Positions 54,490 to 63,472 of a stretch of 64,000 nt of DNA are shown piece by piece. Under the pieces are notes generated by a model. It did not search any database and had not been told where the DNA came from. It saw only the letters and a list, made by a program, of their open reading frames with translations. Numbering within the stretch: position 1 is the first letter of the stretch; each line of letters begins with the position of its first letter. Source of the stretch: an uncultured Acidimicrobiaceae bacterium. Its GTDB lineage: Bacteria > Actinomycetota > Acidimicrobiia > Acidimicrobiales > RAAP-2. The DNA lies in the NCBI GenBank assembly GCA_963729275.1, contig CAVSNH010000014.1:1980-65979 (forward strand). The letters are read 5' to 3'. The position numbers and the translations under genes were made by a program.

Positions 54490-54735
54490 TTGAAGGTGGT
54501 GCTGTCACCGCTGGACAAGCAGGTCCTCTTAGATGGGCTGGACCCAGAGGCGCGTGCAGCATCCTGGTCAGTGCATGGGGCGACGGTCGACCGACTTGCC
54601 TTTCTCGGGCTCATCCAGGTCGAGCGCGTGCCTCAAGCAAATCGCAGCGTCATGACAGTTCCCTTGGCCTTGACCAATCGAGGTACCCGGATAGCCCTTG
54701 AGCTACAGGCTCGGGGGTCCGTCAAGGCAAGTTGA
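54490..54735 (+). CDS. hypothetical protein (81 aa, TTG start)
   Basis: ORF from the track, preceded by two ~20-nt direct repeats. No family was recognised. Confidence 0.3.
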   Translation: MKVVLSPLDKQVLLDGLDPEARAASWSVHGATVDRLAFLGLIQVERVPQANRSVMTVPLALTNRGTRIALELQARGSVKAS

Positions 54736-54896
54736 ACTAACCCACGGTTGCCGCCCGCGATGGTCGCCTGGCCCATAAGCCGGCGGTCGGGGCAGCCGGT
54801 GACACTCCGGTCCGTATCCTTGGCCACCGCTGTCTGACCTGGGATATCGTCGGCCGTCACCGGGGGGCGGCGGCGCGAGTGAAGGAAAGGGCGGCG

Positions 54897-55340
54897 ATGA
54901 GCGACGTTCAGCAGGGACCCGACTGGTGGCAAGCAAGTGACGGAAAGTGGTATCCGCCGGAACGGCATCCCGATTATCGAACGGAGCCGGTCGCTGGACC
55001 TCCTCCGAACTCGATGGTCACTGCAACCAGCCCTCAGGTCACCAGGATCCAGGTCCAGACGGCCGTCGAGCGCCCCCACTACACGCCGCCTTCATACAAC
55101 GAGCTGCACATGGTGCACTACAAGGGCGGCTGGATCGGCCTGTTCGGCGGCGAGAGCCAGGAGAAGGCTCTTCGCCGTGCGATTCCTCTGATAAACGCCT
55201 CGGGTCAGCGGGTGGTGGCCGCCGTCGAGGATCGATGGAGCTTTTGGAAACGGATCGGCGTAGTTCTTCTTTTGCTCATCACCCTCGGCTTCGTGGGACG
55301 TACCCCCAACGTTCTTCTCATCACCGAACCGATGGCCTGA
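54897..55340 (+). CDS. hypothetical C-terminally membrane-anchored protein
   Basis: The start is MSDVQQGPDWWQASDGKWYPPE, a DUF2510/GYF_2-like W-rich motif. A Pro-rich linker and a globular region follow, with a C-terminal TM helix IGVVLLLLITLGFV. Confidence 0.5.
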   Translation: MSDVQQGPDWWQASDGKWYPPERHPDYRTEPVAGPPPNSMVTATSPQVTRIQVQTAVERPHYTPPSYNELHMVHYKGGWIGLFGGESQEKALRRAIPLINASGQRVVAAVEDRWSFWKRIGVVLLLLITLGFVGRTPNVLLITEPMA

Positions 55341-55432
55341 CCGCCCCATCAATCGCCGAGGGTCTTGTAACGCCCACTTCCGGCGAACGGGGACCGTGGA
55401 AGGCCAGACGGAGGACGAGTGAGCGACGGTGT

Positions 55433-56176
55433 CTATTCCTCTGGGATGCGCCACACGCTGACATGCAAGCCGCTCTCACCAGTGAACGGCGAGCGGTCCC
55501 ACCATGTCCATCGATGTTCGAGCGTCATACCGGCGATCCGAGCCATAAGGTCCAACTCTGCTGGCCACACATACCGGAACGGTGCGGTGAACTCGCGGAA
55601 GCTGTCGTCGCTCGTTCGGTAGAAGTGTCGAGACCGGGAGATCTGTCTATGGGTGCGGTCAATGAAGTCGTCGATGCCAATGTAGTCATCTGTCACCGCA
55701 AAAGGGACACCGGCGCTTCCCGGCGGTAACTGACGAAGACCGGGCACGCCGTTCTCGATCACAAAGCGGCCGCCGGGTCGAAGGTGGCGGGCAGCGTTCT
55801 CAAAACACGCGACCTGTTCATCTTGCGATGTCAGGTTCGTGATGGTGTTGAATACCAGGTACACGAGGGAGAAGTCGCCCTCAACGTAGGTTGAGGCCAT
55901 GTCACCTTCGACGACCGTGATAGCGCTGGCTTCGGGCTTCGCTTGCAACACCGCCAGCATGTCCGCGGACAACTCAATCCCGACGACTGGAACGCCTCGG
56001 GCAGCCAAAGGGACGGCAACCCGGCCAGTACCAATAGCAAACTCCATCGCCGCTCCGCCCTCGGCCAACTCGGCAAGACAATCAACGGTCGCTTCGAGAA
56101 CGCTGTCGGCGAACATCCCAGTCCCAGGTTGGTCATAGGCTCTGGCAACCTCGCCGACGAATCGGTTTTCAGGCAC
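55433..56176 (-). CDS. class I SAM-dependent methyltransferase
   Basis: 247 aa. Motif I-like AMEFAIGTGRVAVPLA and post-I VVGIELSADML. Confidence 0.85.
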   Translation of the reverse strand: MPENRFVGEVARAYDQPGTGMFADSVLEATVDCLAELAEGGAAMEFAIGTGRVAVPLAARGVPVVGIELSADMLAVLQAKPEASAITVVEGDMASTYVEGDFSLVYLVFNTITNLTSQDEQVACFENAARHLRPGGRFVIENGVPGLRQLPPGSAGVPFAVTDDYIGIDDFIDRTHRQISRSRHFYRTSDDSFREFTAPFRYVWPAELDLMARIAGMTLEHRWTWWDRSPFTGESGLHVSVWRIPEE

Positions 56177-56495
56177 ATTTCAGCTTGACCCGACCGGAGG
56201 CAATCGGCAACTGGACGCGTCGCGGTCTCTGCCAACCCGCCCCCCTTGTGGGTGCCAGCGCATCCTGCGGGACTTTCCTAGCCCGCTCCTTGAAACGACG
56301 AACGGGTATCCCCGTCGTGCCGGTCGGCGGCAGTTCGCGGTTGGCAAGCGCTCGTCTCGAAATAATGCTCCCGGAGCCGGCGGTCTGGGGGACCCTGACT
56401 CCGGCAATCAAACACAACTGCGAGTCTGTCGAGAAAATGCCATGATTGGTCCATCAGCGGCACAACGCCTTCCCCCGGTGAATGGAGGAGCGTCC

Positions 56496-57059
56496 ATGCG
56501 CTTACGCAATCTGATCATCGGAGTCGCCGCGACCGGCTTGGCGTTCACGACGTTAGCGGTAGCCGGTGGAAGTCCGGCCTGGGCAAGGGCGACGACGGGA
56601 ACCGGTACCTATTCTTGCTCTCACGAGACCGGAAGTGTCCAGTTCTCTCCTGCGTGGACCGACACGGGAACCGGGAAGGTGAAGGCAACCGTTGACATTT
56701 CGCTTTCAGCTTGCTCGGGGGGCACTCCCTCGGTGTCTTCTGCCAAACTTACTGGGCATTTCAACTTCGCAAACGGAGGGTCTACCTGCAGCTCAGAAAC
56801 ACATGTCAACATTCTCGGCAAGCTGCACCTCCGCTACAGCAATGGTGCGAAGAAGAGCGAGCTGACACTTGGAAGTGGTTCGAACATCGGCATCGGCGAA
56901 GAGGGCACGGGCGACGCGGCAGTGGAAATGTCCGGGACGGTAACTGGTTCGTATCCAGCGACCGGTGCGTTAGACGAGGTGACCGGACCCCCACCCTCCG
57001 GTAACTGCACCACGGGTGTCCAGGCGATGTCCGTTGCCGGTGATTTTGCCATGCTCTAG
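56496..57059 (+). CDS. secreted protein, distant relative of the 15.3/16.0 kb paralogs
   Basis: Start at MRLRNLIIGVAATGLAFTTLAVAGGSPAWA, with a GGAGGAG RBS. The mature part begins GTGTYSCSHETGSVQFSP...LSACSGG... The Cys spacing and G-x-G...C...F-x-P opening are similar to the tandem paralogs. Confidence 0.65.
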   Translation: MRLRNLIIGVAATGLAFTTLAVAGGSPAWARATTGTGTYSCSHETGSVQFSPAWTDTGTGKVKATVDISLSACSGGTPSVSSAKLTGHFNFANGGSTCSSETHVNILGKLHLRYSNGAKKSELTLGSGSNIGIGEEGTGDAAVEMSGTVTGSYPATGALDEVTGPPPSGNCTTGVQAMSVAGDFAML

Positions 57060-57485
57060 AGTTCTCGTCGCCTAGGCGACGGGTTGAGTCGGCGCGGTTC
57101 TTACGGCATTGGTGACCCCTAAATGTGTTCGGCGAGGTATCCCACTCGCAGCCGGTCGGTGGCAGTTAGCACGCAGCAAGCGCCGCCCGTTCGATAACGC
57201 CTCCGAGCCGGCAGCGAGGATTGATATTGCTCGCTGACGGTCCACCACTCCGGATGGAGAACTGGCCAGCGTGTGGGTGAATGCCCGAGCCAGGTCTGAC
57301 TCCATCAATACCGGCTGACGTCCGTTGGGACTGTCCTCAAGTCGATTCGTCGGCCTGGCTCGGACACTCACCCGACACCAACCGGTCGGACGGAGTGACC
57401 TCATAGGAGCCTGCCGCACAGGCCCTTCGCTGTCCTGTCCATCGTCTTGCTGGTGCGGTGTCACCCACCCAAGCGAAAGGAACAG

Positions 57486-58544
57486 ATGACGATGACCACT
57501 ATCGCGCGCCGAATCACCGGAGGGCTCGACACACACCTTGATGTGCACGTCGTGGCCGCCCTCGACGAGCGAGGAGCCCAGCTCGGTGTGGAGAGCTTTG
57601 CCGCCACGGCCTCGGGCTATCGGGAACTGCTGAGCTGGCTCGAAGGCTTCGGGACCCTTGAGCTCGTCGGCGTGGAAGGAACCGGCAGCTACGGTGCCGG
57701 ACTCACCCGCCACATGCTTTCCCGTCAGGTTGCGGTCGTCGAGGTGGACCGGCCCAATCGCCAGCGCCGCCGGCGCACGGGCAAGTCGGACCCGCACGAC
57801 GCCGTGGCTGCAGCCCGGGCCGCCCAAGGTGGCGACGCCACCGGATCGGCCAAGACCAGGGACGGAAACGGCGAGGCCATGCGGGTATTGCGGTGGCCCG
57901 GCGCTCGGCCAGGGGCAACCGGACCCAGGCCCTCAACCAGATGCGCAGCCTCATCTCGACCGCGCCTGACGAGCTCCGCGCCGAGCTGCGCGACCTCTCC
58001 ATCTACAAGGTCCTCCAGGTGGCCAGCGCCTTTCGCCACACCGGAAAGACCGACGTGGCGACGGTGACCAAGCTCACCTTGCGGACGTTGGGCCGGCGGG
58101 CCCTTTCCCTTGAAGAAGAGGTCAAAGAGATCGACCGAGTGCTCAAGACCCTCGTTGCCGAGACCGCACCGAAGCTCAATGCCGTCGATGGCGTGGGCAC
58201 CGACGTGGCCTCGGCCCTCCTGGTGGCCGCCGGCGACAACCCCGAACGCCTGAAGAACGAGGCCGCCTTCGCCAAGCTCTGCGGGGTGTCTCCCCTCGAT
58301 GCCTCAAGCGGCAAGCAGCAGCGCCACCGGCTCAACCGACGGCGGGGACCGCCAAGCCAACTCAGCGCTCTGGCACATCGTTTTCACCCGGATGGTCAAC
58401 GACCCGAGAACCAAGCACTACATCGAGCGCCGGATGAAGGAAGGTCGGACAAAGAAGGAGGCGATCCGCTGCCTCAAGCGCTACGTGGCTCGAGAGGTGT
58501 TCACGCAGCTTCCGAGGTCAGCACTCGCCGTTGACAATCCATAG
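57486..58544 (+). mobile_element. IS110-family transposase gene with two frameshifts (degenerate IS copy)
   Basis: MTMTTIARRITGGLDTHLDVHVVAALD...GVEGTGSYG...KSDPHDAV (frame of ORF 57447..58067). Then VARRSARGNRTQALNQMRSL...GVGTDVASALLVAAGDNPERL...SSGKQQRHRLNR (ORF 57893..58534). Then GDRQANSALWHIVFTRM...KKEAIRCLKRYVAREVF (ORF 58299..58544). The shifts are near 57890 and 58338. Confidence 0.8.
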
Positions 58545-58608
58545 GAGCATCGATAGGGGACGCCCCTTCGACCCCTCGCGTCTATCAAAATGGGTAGCCT
58601 GAACGCTC

Positions 58609-58875
58609 ATGGCGGGAGAGGCTGTTCGATTCGATGACCTAGGGCCAGACGAAATGATTGCTTTCCTCAAAGCAGCGCGTCAGCACTCGGAGGTCGACCC
58701 TACGAGTCGCGACGCGGATTCCGGCTTTGTGGACTTGGCGGCGGTATGGGGTTGCACAAGGTGCGGATCGGAGCACTCGCTGGAAGACACCCTCATTGCC
58801 GACGGCGTACCCCAATGCCCGAGATGTGGGGCTTTCGGTTGGGACGACGTCGTCCCAAAGCCCAGGCCCACTTGA
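58609..58875 (+). CDS. hypothetical zinc-ribbon protein
   Basis: 88 aa, with CTRCGS...CPRCGAFGW forming two CxxC knuckles. Confidence 0.45.
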   Translation: MAGEAVRFDDLGPDEMIAFLKAARQHSEVDPTSRDADSGFVDLAAVWGCTRCGSEHSLEDTLIADGVPQCPRCGAFGWDDVVPKPRPT

Positions 58876-59021
58876 CCGGACCCGGGGTCGGGCCGAAACA
58901 GGTGCTGATTATCCTCAACCACCCAATCCGTTGCGTCTGGAGTCAGCGACTTCGACACAAGACTCGACCGAAGTATCGGTTTTGATCGGGCTCCGAAAGG
59001 GTGTTGTGTCCGTCTAGAAAC

Positions 59022-59784
59022 TCACGTGATGGCGACCCCGTCTGGGTCGTCGCCGACCGTCACTGTCTTCACCACCTTGTTGGTGGAGGTCTTGATGACG
59101 CTCACGGTGTTGGACTCCCTGTTGGCCACGTCGGCGTCCCTTCCGTTGGGGGTGATGGCGACCCCCTGTGAGGCGTCGCCGACCGTCACCGTCTTCACCA
59201 CCGTGTTGGTGGAGGTCTTGATGACGCTCACGGTGCCGGAGTTGGCGTTGGCCACGTAGGCGTCCCTTCCGTTGGGGGTGATGGCGATCGCCTCTGGGAG
59301 GTCGCCGACCGTCACCGTCTTCACCACCGTGTTGGTGGAGGTCTGGATGACGCTCACGGTGCCGAGGGCGTTGCCGTTGGTCACGTAGGCGTCGCTCCCG
59401 TTGGGGGTGATGGCGACCCCGTCTGGGTCGCCGCCGATCGTCACCGTCTTCACCACCTTGTTGGTGGAGATCTGGATGACGCTCACAGTGCCGGAGCCGT
59501 CGTTGGTCACGTAGGCGTCGCTCCCGTTGGGGGCGATGGCGACCGCGGCTGCCCCGTCGCCGACCGTCACCGTCTTTACCACCTTGTTGGTGGAGGTCTT
59601 GATGACGCTCACGGTGCCGCCGTAGTTGGCCACGTAAGCGTAAGGGGGTGTCAAGGCAGCCGCTGGTTGCGCTCCCGCGAGCGTCACTGAAAGGACAACG
59701 GCAGCCAGTCCAGCCAGCAACACCGATAGCAGTACCGGCCCTCATCGCTAACCGGGACAATCGGGACCCAACACGTTGCGCCAT
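59022..59784 (-). pseudogene. YVTN-family beta-propeller repeat protein, frameshifted and 3'-truncated
   Basis: ATG 59784 with a GGAGG RBS gives MAQRVGSRLSRLAMRAGTAIGV. The frame switches near 59724 to LLAGLAAVVLSVTLAGAQPAAA (the rest of the signal peptide), then about 4.7 repeats of ~41 aa (YVTN..GTVSVI.TSTNKVVKTVTVG....VAITPNG). The ORF stops mid-repeat (VAIT-stop). Confidence 0.7.
59030..59640. repeat. tandem ~120-123-bp coding repeats (YVTN units)
   Basis: Five successive units are visible at the DNA level, e.g. the recurring GTCTTCACCACC(T/G)TGTTGGTGGAG(G/A)TCT(T/G)GATGACGCTCAC. Confidence 0.85.
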
Positions 59785-60111
59785 GGCAGCACCTCCAGAG
59801 ACAATCGTCTACTCGTCCATGCTGAGCCCATGGAATGCGGCGACCATAGCCGGAAGTCCTTACTCCAACGGGATGTCCAGCCTCATCGGCGCTCTCCACG
59901 GTCATGTCACTACATTCGTGGCCTCAACCTCGCCAAAGTGACCGACGGACACCGTGGATGGGAATCGGCGTCGGGAGCACCGACCCGAGCACCGCTCATA
60001 ATCATCGCCTCCTGCGCCCCCTGGGTGAGGCTGGGTCAGCAAGCTCCCGACCGGCATCGCTCTGGGCCGTCGTGTGGGCCTCGGTTGCCCATAAGCCAGT
60101 TATCCAGTCGA

Positions 60112-60141
60112 GTAGCCGGGGGGAATCGCACCCCCCGGCTC
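60112..60141 (-). ncRNA. group II intron domain V-like hairpin
   Basis: The minus strand reads GAGCCGGGGGG-UGCGAUU-CCCCCCGGCU(A)C, an AGC-containing stem with a bulge, directly 3' of the IEP stop codon. Confidence 0.6.
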
Positions 60142-61443
60142 TCACAGAACCGGACGTGAACCTCTCGGCTCATCCGGCTCTTGCGGGTCGGTTGGGAGTG
60201 GCTGCGAGAAGGTGCCAGTGGGCGAAGAGCCGGGGATTGCGCTGTTGTTCCGAACGCAACCGGTCCTTGCCAGCTGAGGCTTCCCTCGCAGTCGCTTGAA
60301 CTTCTGCATGGCCCATCTGACCAGATGCTCGTCGATGCGCCGTGCGATGGAATACAACTCGGAGCGATAGAAGGCCCCGTAGTAGTTGATCCAGCCTCGG
60401 ACCTGGGGGTTGATGGCCCAGGCGATGCCGGACAGGTCCGTGCCACTGCGACGGTTGAGGTGCCAGTCCCTGATCTGCTTGCCCTTCGCCTTCTTCGCCT
60501 GGGCGCTCATGGCTGGAAGGAAGCTCGTGAAGAACCCCCGCCGACCCTTGGCCAGACGACCCCGGAAGGTGTAGCCGAGGAAGTCGAAGCTGGTGTGCTC
60601 GAAGTCCTTGCGGCGTTTCGTGTCCTGGCAGTACACGACCTTCGTCTTCTCGGGGTGCAGATCGAGTCCAACGGACCCGAGCCGTTTCGCGAGTTGGGCC
60701 CACAGATGTAGGGCCTTTGCCTCGGTGTCGCAGTGGATGACCACGTCATCCGCGTAGCGCTCGAATGGACTGCCGGGGTGGTCCCGGTCCATCCACTTGT
60801 CGAACGCGTAGTGCATGAAGAGGTTGGCGAGCAGCGGGGAGATCGGGGACCCTTGCGGGGTTCCCTTCTCTCGTGGCAGAAGGGTCCCGTCTGGCATCTG
60901 CATGGGGGCGGTGAGCCACCGTTCGATGTAGAGCAGGACCCAGCGTTGGTCGGTGTGGTGAGCCACCGCTTTGAGCAACAGATCGTGGGGAACGCTGTCG
61001 AAGAAGGCTCGGACGTCGATGTCCAACACCCAGTCCTTCTTCCAACAGCGCTGACGAGTAACGGCCAGGGCGTCATGGGCACTTCGCCCCGGACGATAGC
61101 CATAGCTGTCATGGTGGAAGATCGGCTCAAGCTCCTCTTCCAGCAGCATCGCTGCTGTCGTCTGGGCGATGCGGTCCACCGTGTTCGGCACCCCCGACAC
61201 CCTGACCCCTTCCCCATGGTCCTTCGGTATCTCCACCGCCCGCACCGGCCCGGGGAAGTAGCTCCCCGAGCTCATCCGGTTCCACAGCTTGTAGAGGTTG
61301 TCCCTCTCGTCGTCCGCAAACCGTTCGATGCTGACCGCGTCCACCCCCGGTGCTCCGTCGTTCGCCTGGACCTTCATCCACGCCTCGTAGACGAGGCGCT
61401 TTCGAATCTCAAACGACTTCATTCCCAACGGTGGTCCCTCCAT
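60142..61443 (-). CDS. group II intron reverse transcriptase/maturase (no endonuclease domain)
   Basis: 433 aa. RT blocks are GVDAVSIE, IPKDHGEGVRVSGVPNTVDRIAQ, RPGRSAHDA, FFDSVPHDLL, GTPQGSPISPLLANL and YADDVVIH. The X/maturase region is RGWINYYG. The family-typical C-terminus QRNPRLFAHWHL is present only in another frame, which suggests a 1-nt indel near 60250. Confidence 0.9.
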   Translation of the reverse strand: MEGPPLGMKSFEIRKRLVYEAWMKVQANDGAPGVDAVSIERFADDERDNLYKLWNRMSSGSYFPGPVRAVEIPKDHGEGVRVSGVPNTVDRIAQTTAAMLLEEELEPIFHHDSYGYRPGRSAHDALAVTRQRCWKKDWVLDIDVRAFFDSVPHDLLLKAVAHHTDQRWVLLYIERWLTAPMQMPDGTLLPREKGTPQGSPISPLLANLFMHYAFDKWMDRDHPGSPFERYADDVVIHCDTEAKALHLWAQLAKRLGSVGLDLHPEKTKVVYCQDTKRRKDFEHTSFDFLGYTFRGRLAKGRRGFFTSFLPAMSAQAKKAKGKQIRDWHLNRRSGTDLSGIAWAINPQVRGWINYYGAFYRSELYSIARRIDEHLVRWAMQKFKRLRGKPQLARTGCVRNNSAIPGSSPTGTFSQPLPTDPQEPDEPRGSRPVL

Positions 61444-62246
61444 CAGCTCCTCCCCCGAAGGGTTGACTGATGGGTGACCTGGCCTGCCCAGCCCCTTCGC
61501 TCCAGCCCCATTACCGAGCCTTCATCGCTACTACGAGCTGGTCCGCCTCTGTGCCTCGCATCGGTACTCTCACCCGGGCGGCCGTGGCCACACGGGGGTT
61601 CTCCCTCTCGACGACCAGGGGGGGCCGATAGCACCCATTTCGACTGGCCGTTCAATATCGAGACGACAGATTCTCCTGTTCCATGCCAGGGCCTGCAACG
61701 AGCTCACGCCACCTTTACACCGGACACCACCAGGGCCACATACAGGCAGCTCCCTGGCTGCGGACACGCCGAAGGGCGCGCCCTTGTCCCGAGGCGGGCG
61801 TGCTGGCCTCGGTTTCGATGTCATCGTTCACATTCTCGATGCGTCGGCAGTGGTTCACACATGTTCGTCTTCTCGTTGCTCACCTGACCCGCTGATCGCG
61901 AGCCTTCTCCGCAGTCGCTTCCCACCCCAGCTCTTGACCGGCATGACACTGCGGCGGTTTGGGATCTCCGCCTGCACGGCGAACCCGGAGGGCCTCCCTC
62001 CATCCCTGACACAGCACGGTTCGTGCTGGCGATCTCCTACATCGTCATCACTCCCCTTTCAGGACGCACCACGCCCGGATGTGCCTGATCAGGGGCGGTG
62101 CATATCCTCGCCGAGCGGCGCACCTGACCGGCTAGGCCGATCTTCGGCGACAAGGAGGGCTCCGGCTCTTCCTGCGTGACGCCTGGGCAGGCTTCGACTG
62201 CAAAGAAGGCTGGTTGGAGATCGGGAGGTGACGCCGAACCTGTCAG

Positions 62247-62546
62247 TCAGCCGATGCCAGAGAGTCCCTTCTGGAGGTCCTCTGCGTTCATCGCCGGGGC
62301 GAAGATCACCTCTGCATTGAGTTCCATAAAGAACGGCTCGGCGAAGACCGGGATGGCCGAAGCGTCCGGCATGTCGAAGACGATGTACGCGGTTCGCCTC
62401 CCATCAAAGGTCGTGAAGTACATGGCTTCTGGCTTCCACCGCTCGGCCATCTCCTGAATGGTCTTTGGCAGGTTGCCGCTCTTGATCCCAGCGTTGCCGG
62501 CCTCAACCGGAATCGAAATCTGCGCCATCGTTCGCATCGGAGACAC
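62247..62546 (-). CDS. small conserved hypothetical protein (~95-aa actinobacterial family, possibly DUF3303)
   Basis: MAQISIPVEAGNAGIKSGNLPKTIQEMAERWKPEAMYFTTFDGRRTAYIVFDMPDASAIPVFAEPFF... The family assignment is from memory only. Confidence 0.6.
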   Translation of the reverse strand: MSPMRTMAQISIPVEAGNAGIKSGNLPKTIQEMAERWKPEAMYFTTFDGRRTAYIVFDMPDASAIPVFAEPFFMELNAEVIFAPAMNAEDLQKGLSGIG

Positions 62547-62658
62547 GTCCTTGTGCTCGGGGTTCTTTGGACCCTAGCCCCATCCGCTGACGGTCCGACT
62601 GCCTGTCAGTGGCAGCCAAGGGGGCCCACCGACCCGGTGTTGAGGGGCAGGTGGGTCC

Positions 62659-62937
62659 TCACTTGGGGGAGATGAGCGGGGAGCCAAACCAGCGGGTGCG
62701 ACAAGTGAATTCCGCTGCCTCGCCTGGGGACACACGAACGACCAAATCGTTGGAGCTGCGAAGAAGGAAGTACGTGACCGACAGGAGATGCAGTCCAGGC
62801 TTCACATCGAACGTCGTGGACTCCTGGGCGAGGAGTCGCCCCACGGACTTGCCGTCGATGACCACATGAAATGGTGACTCAAGGTCGATGAGGTTCGCTT
62901 TGCCTCGATAGAGCGTGATGGATGCATCCTCACCCAC
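62659..62937 (-). CDS. hypothetical protein (possibly the C-terminal domain of a decayed zinc-ribbon/TM protein)
   Basis: 92-aa ORF (ITLYRGKANLIDLESPFHVVIDGKSVGRLLAQESTTFDVKPGLHLLSV...). Upstream frames contain a zinc-ribbon-like CPCQLQCPDSIADQFCMK and a TM-like LLPWLLGLMAAVW in different frames. Confidence 0.3.
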   Translation of the reverse strand: MGEDASITLYRGKANLIDLESPFHVVIDGKSVGRLLAQESTTFDVKPGLHLLSVTYFLLRSSNDLVVRVSPGEAAEFTCRTRWFGSPLISPK

Positions 62938-63349
62938 GCTCGGAGCGTAGTGGGCAGGCTCCTCAGCGCAGATACCTGCATGCCCACTGATCCGGCGTTG
63001 TGGGGCACCAAAGCGTTGGAGGTTGACTCCGTGTGCTCAACGCAGGGACGCCTCGTCCCAGACTGCTGCCATGAGGCCGAGAAGCCACGGCAACAGCGAC
63101 GAAGTGCCCATGCGCATGCCTGCGCACAGCGTAGGACGGCTCCAGAAGCAAGGCGCCCGCCTGGGCGTTGGTATGCAGCCCGAAGATAGGTCCTGAACCG
63201 CATATCGCCGTCGTCGGGGTAAAGCCAGCGACGGCTGCGCCACTTCATACAGAACTGATCGGCAATGGAGTCCGGGCACTGAAGCTGGCAGGGGCATGTC
63301 CTCAAAGTGCCGTTGTGGGATAGGGGATAACGCCCCCGCCCTCTCTCCG

Positions 63350-63368
63350 CCCCTTCCCTCCCTTCCCC
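63350..63368 (-). other. G-quadruplex-type motif (GGGG AA GGG A GGG AA GGGG) within a polypurine tract
   Basis: The plus strand reads CCCCTTCCCTCCCTTCCCC. Flanking C/T-only runs are at about 63338-63372 and 63438-63457, 15-135 nt downstream of the tRNA 3' end. Confidence 0.7.
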
Positions 63369-63472
63369 GCCTCGGGTGGCCGGCCGGCCTGGCCCCTTCG
63401 CTTCGGGGTCCGCGTCGCCTTTGTCGTCGCCGTGGTGCCTGTCTCCCTCTCTCCCCCGCGACATCACAATCG

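Larger units (their letters stand above)
60070..62069 (-). mobile_element. group II intron (ribozyme + IEP), about 2.0 kb; boundaries approximate
   Basis: An RT/maturase ORF lies in the domain IV position. A GUGCG 5' consensus is at 62069-62065, with an alternative at 62123-62119. A domain V-like hairpin follows immediately after the ORF stop (60112-60141). It is followed by a short hairpin UGGGC-AACCGAG-GCCCA, then CAC, near 60072. Confidence 0.8.

Noticed and set aside
57486-58544. Programmed ribosomal frameshifting in the IS110 transposase.
   Set aside because: Two shifts of opposite sign are needed, no slippery heptamer is visible at either site, and IS110-family elements are not known to use frameshifting. 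Decay or sequencing error is the simpler explanation.
61474-62179. Track ORFs inside the intron 5' region (61474-61887, 61570-61824, 61784-62179 and others).
   Set aside because: They lie within the ribozyme domains I-III of the group II intron and have junk-like translations.
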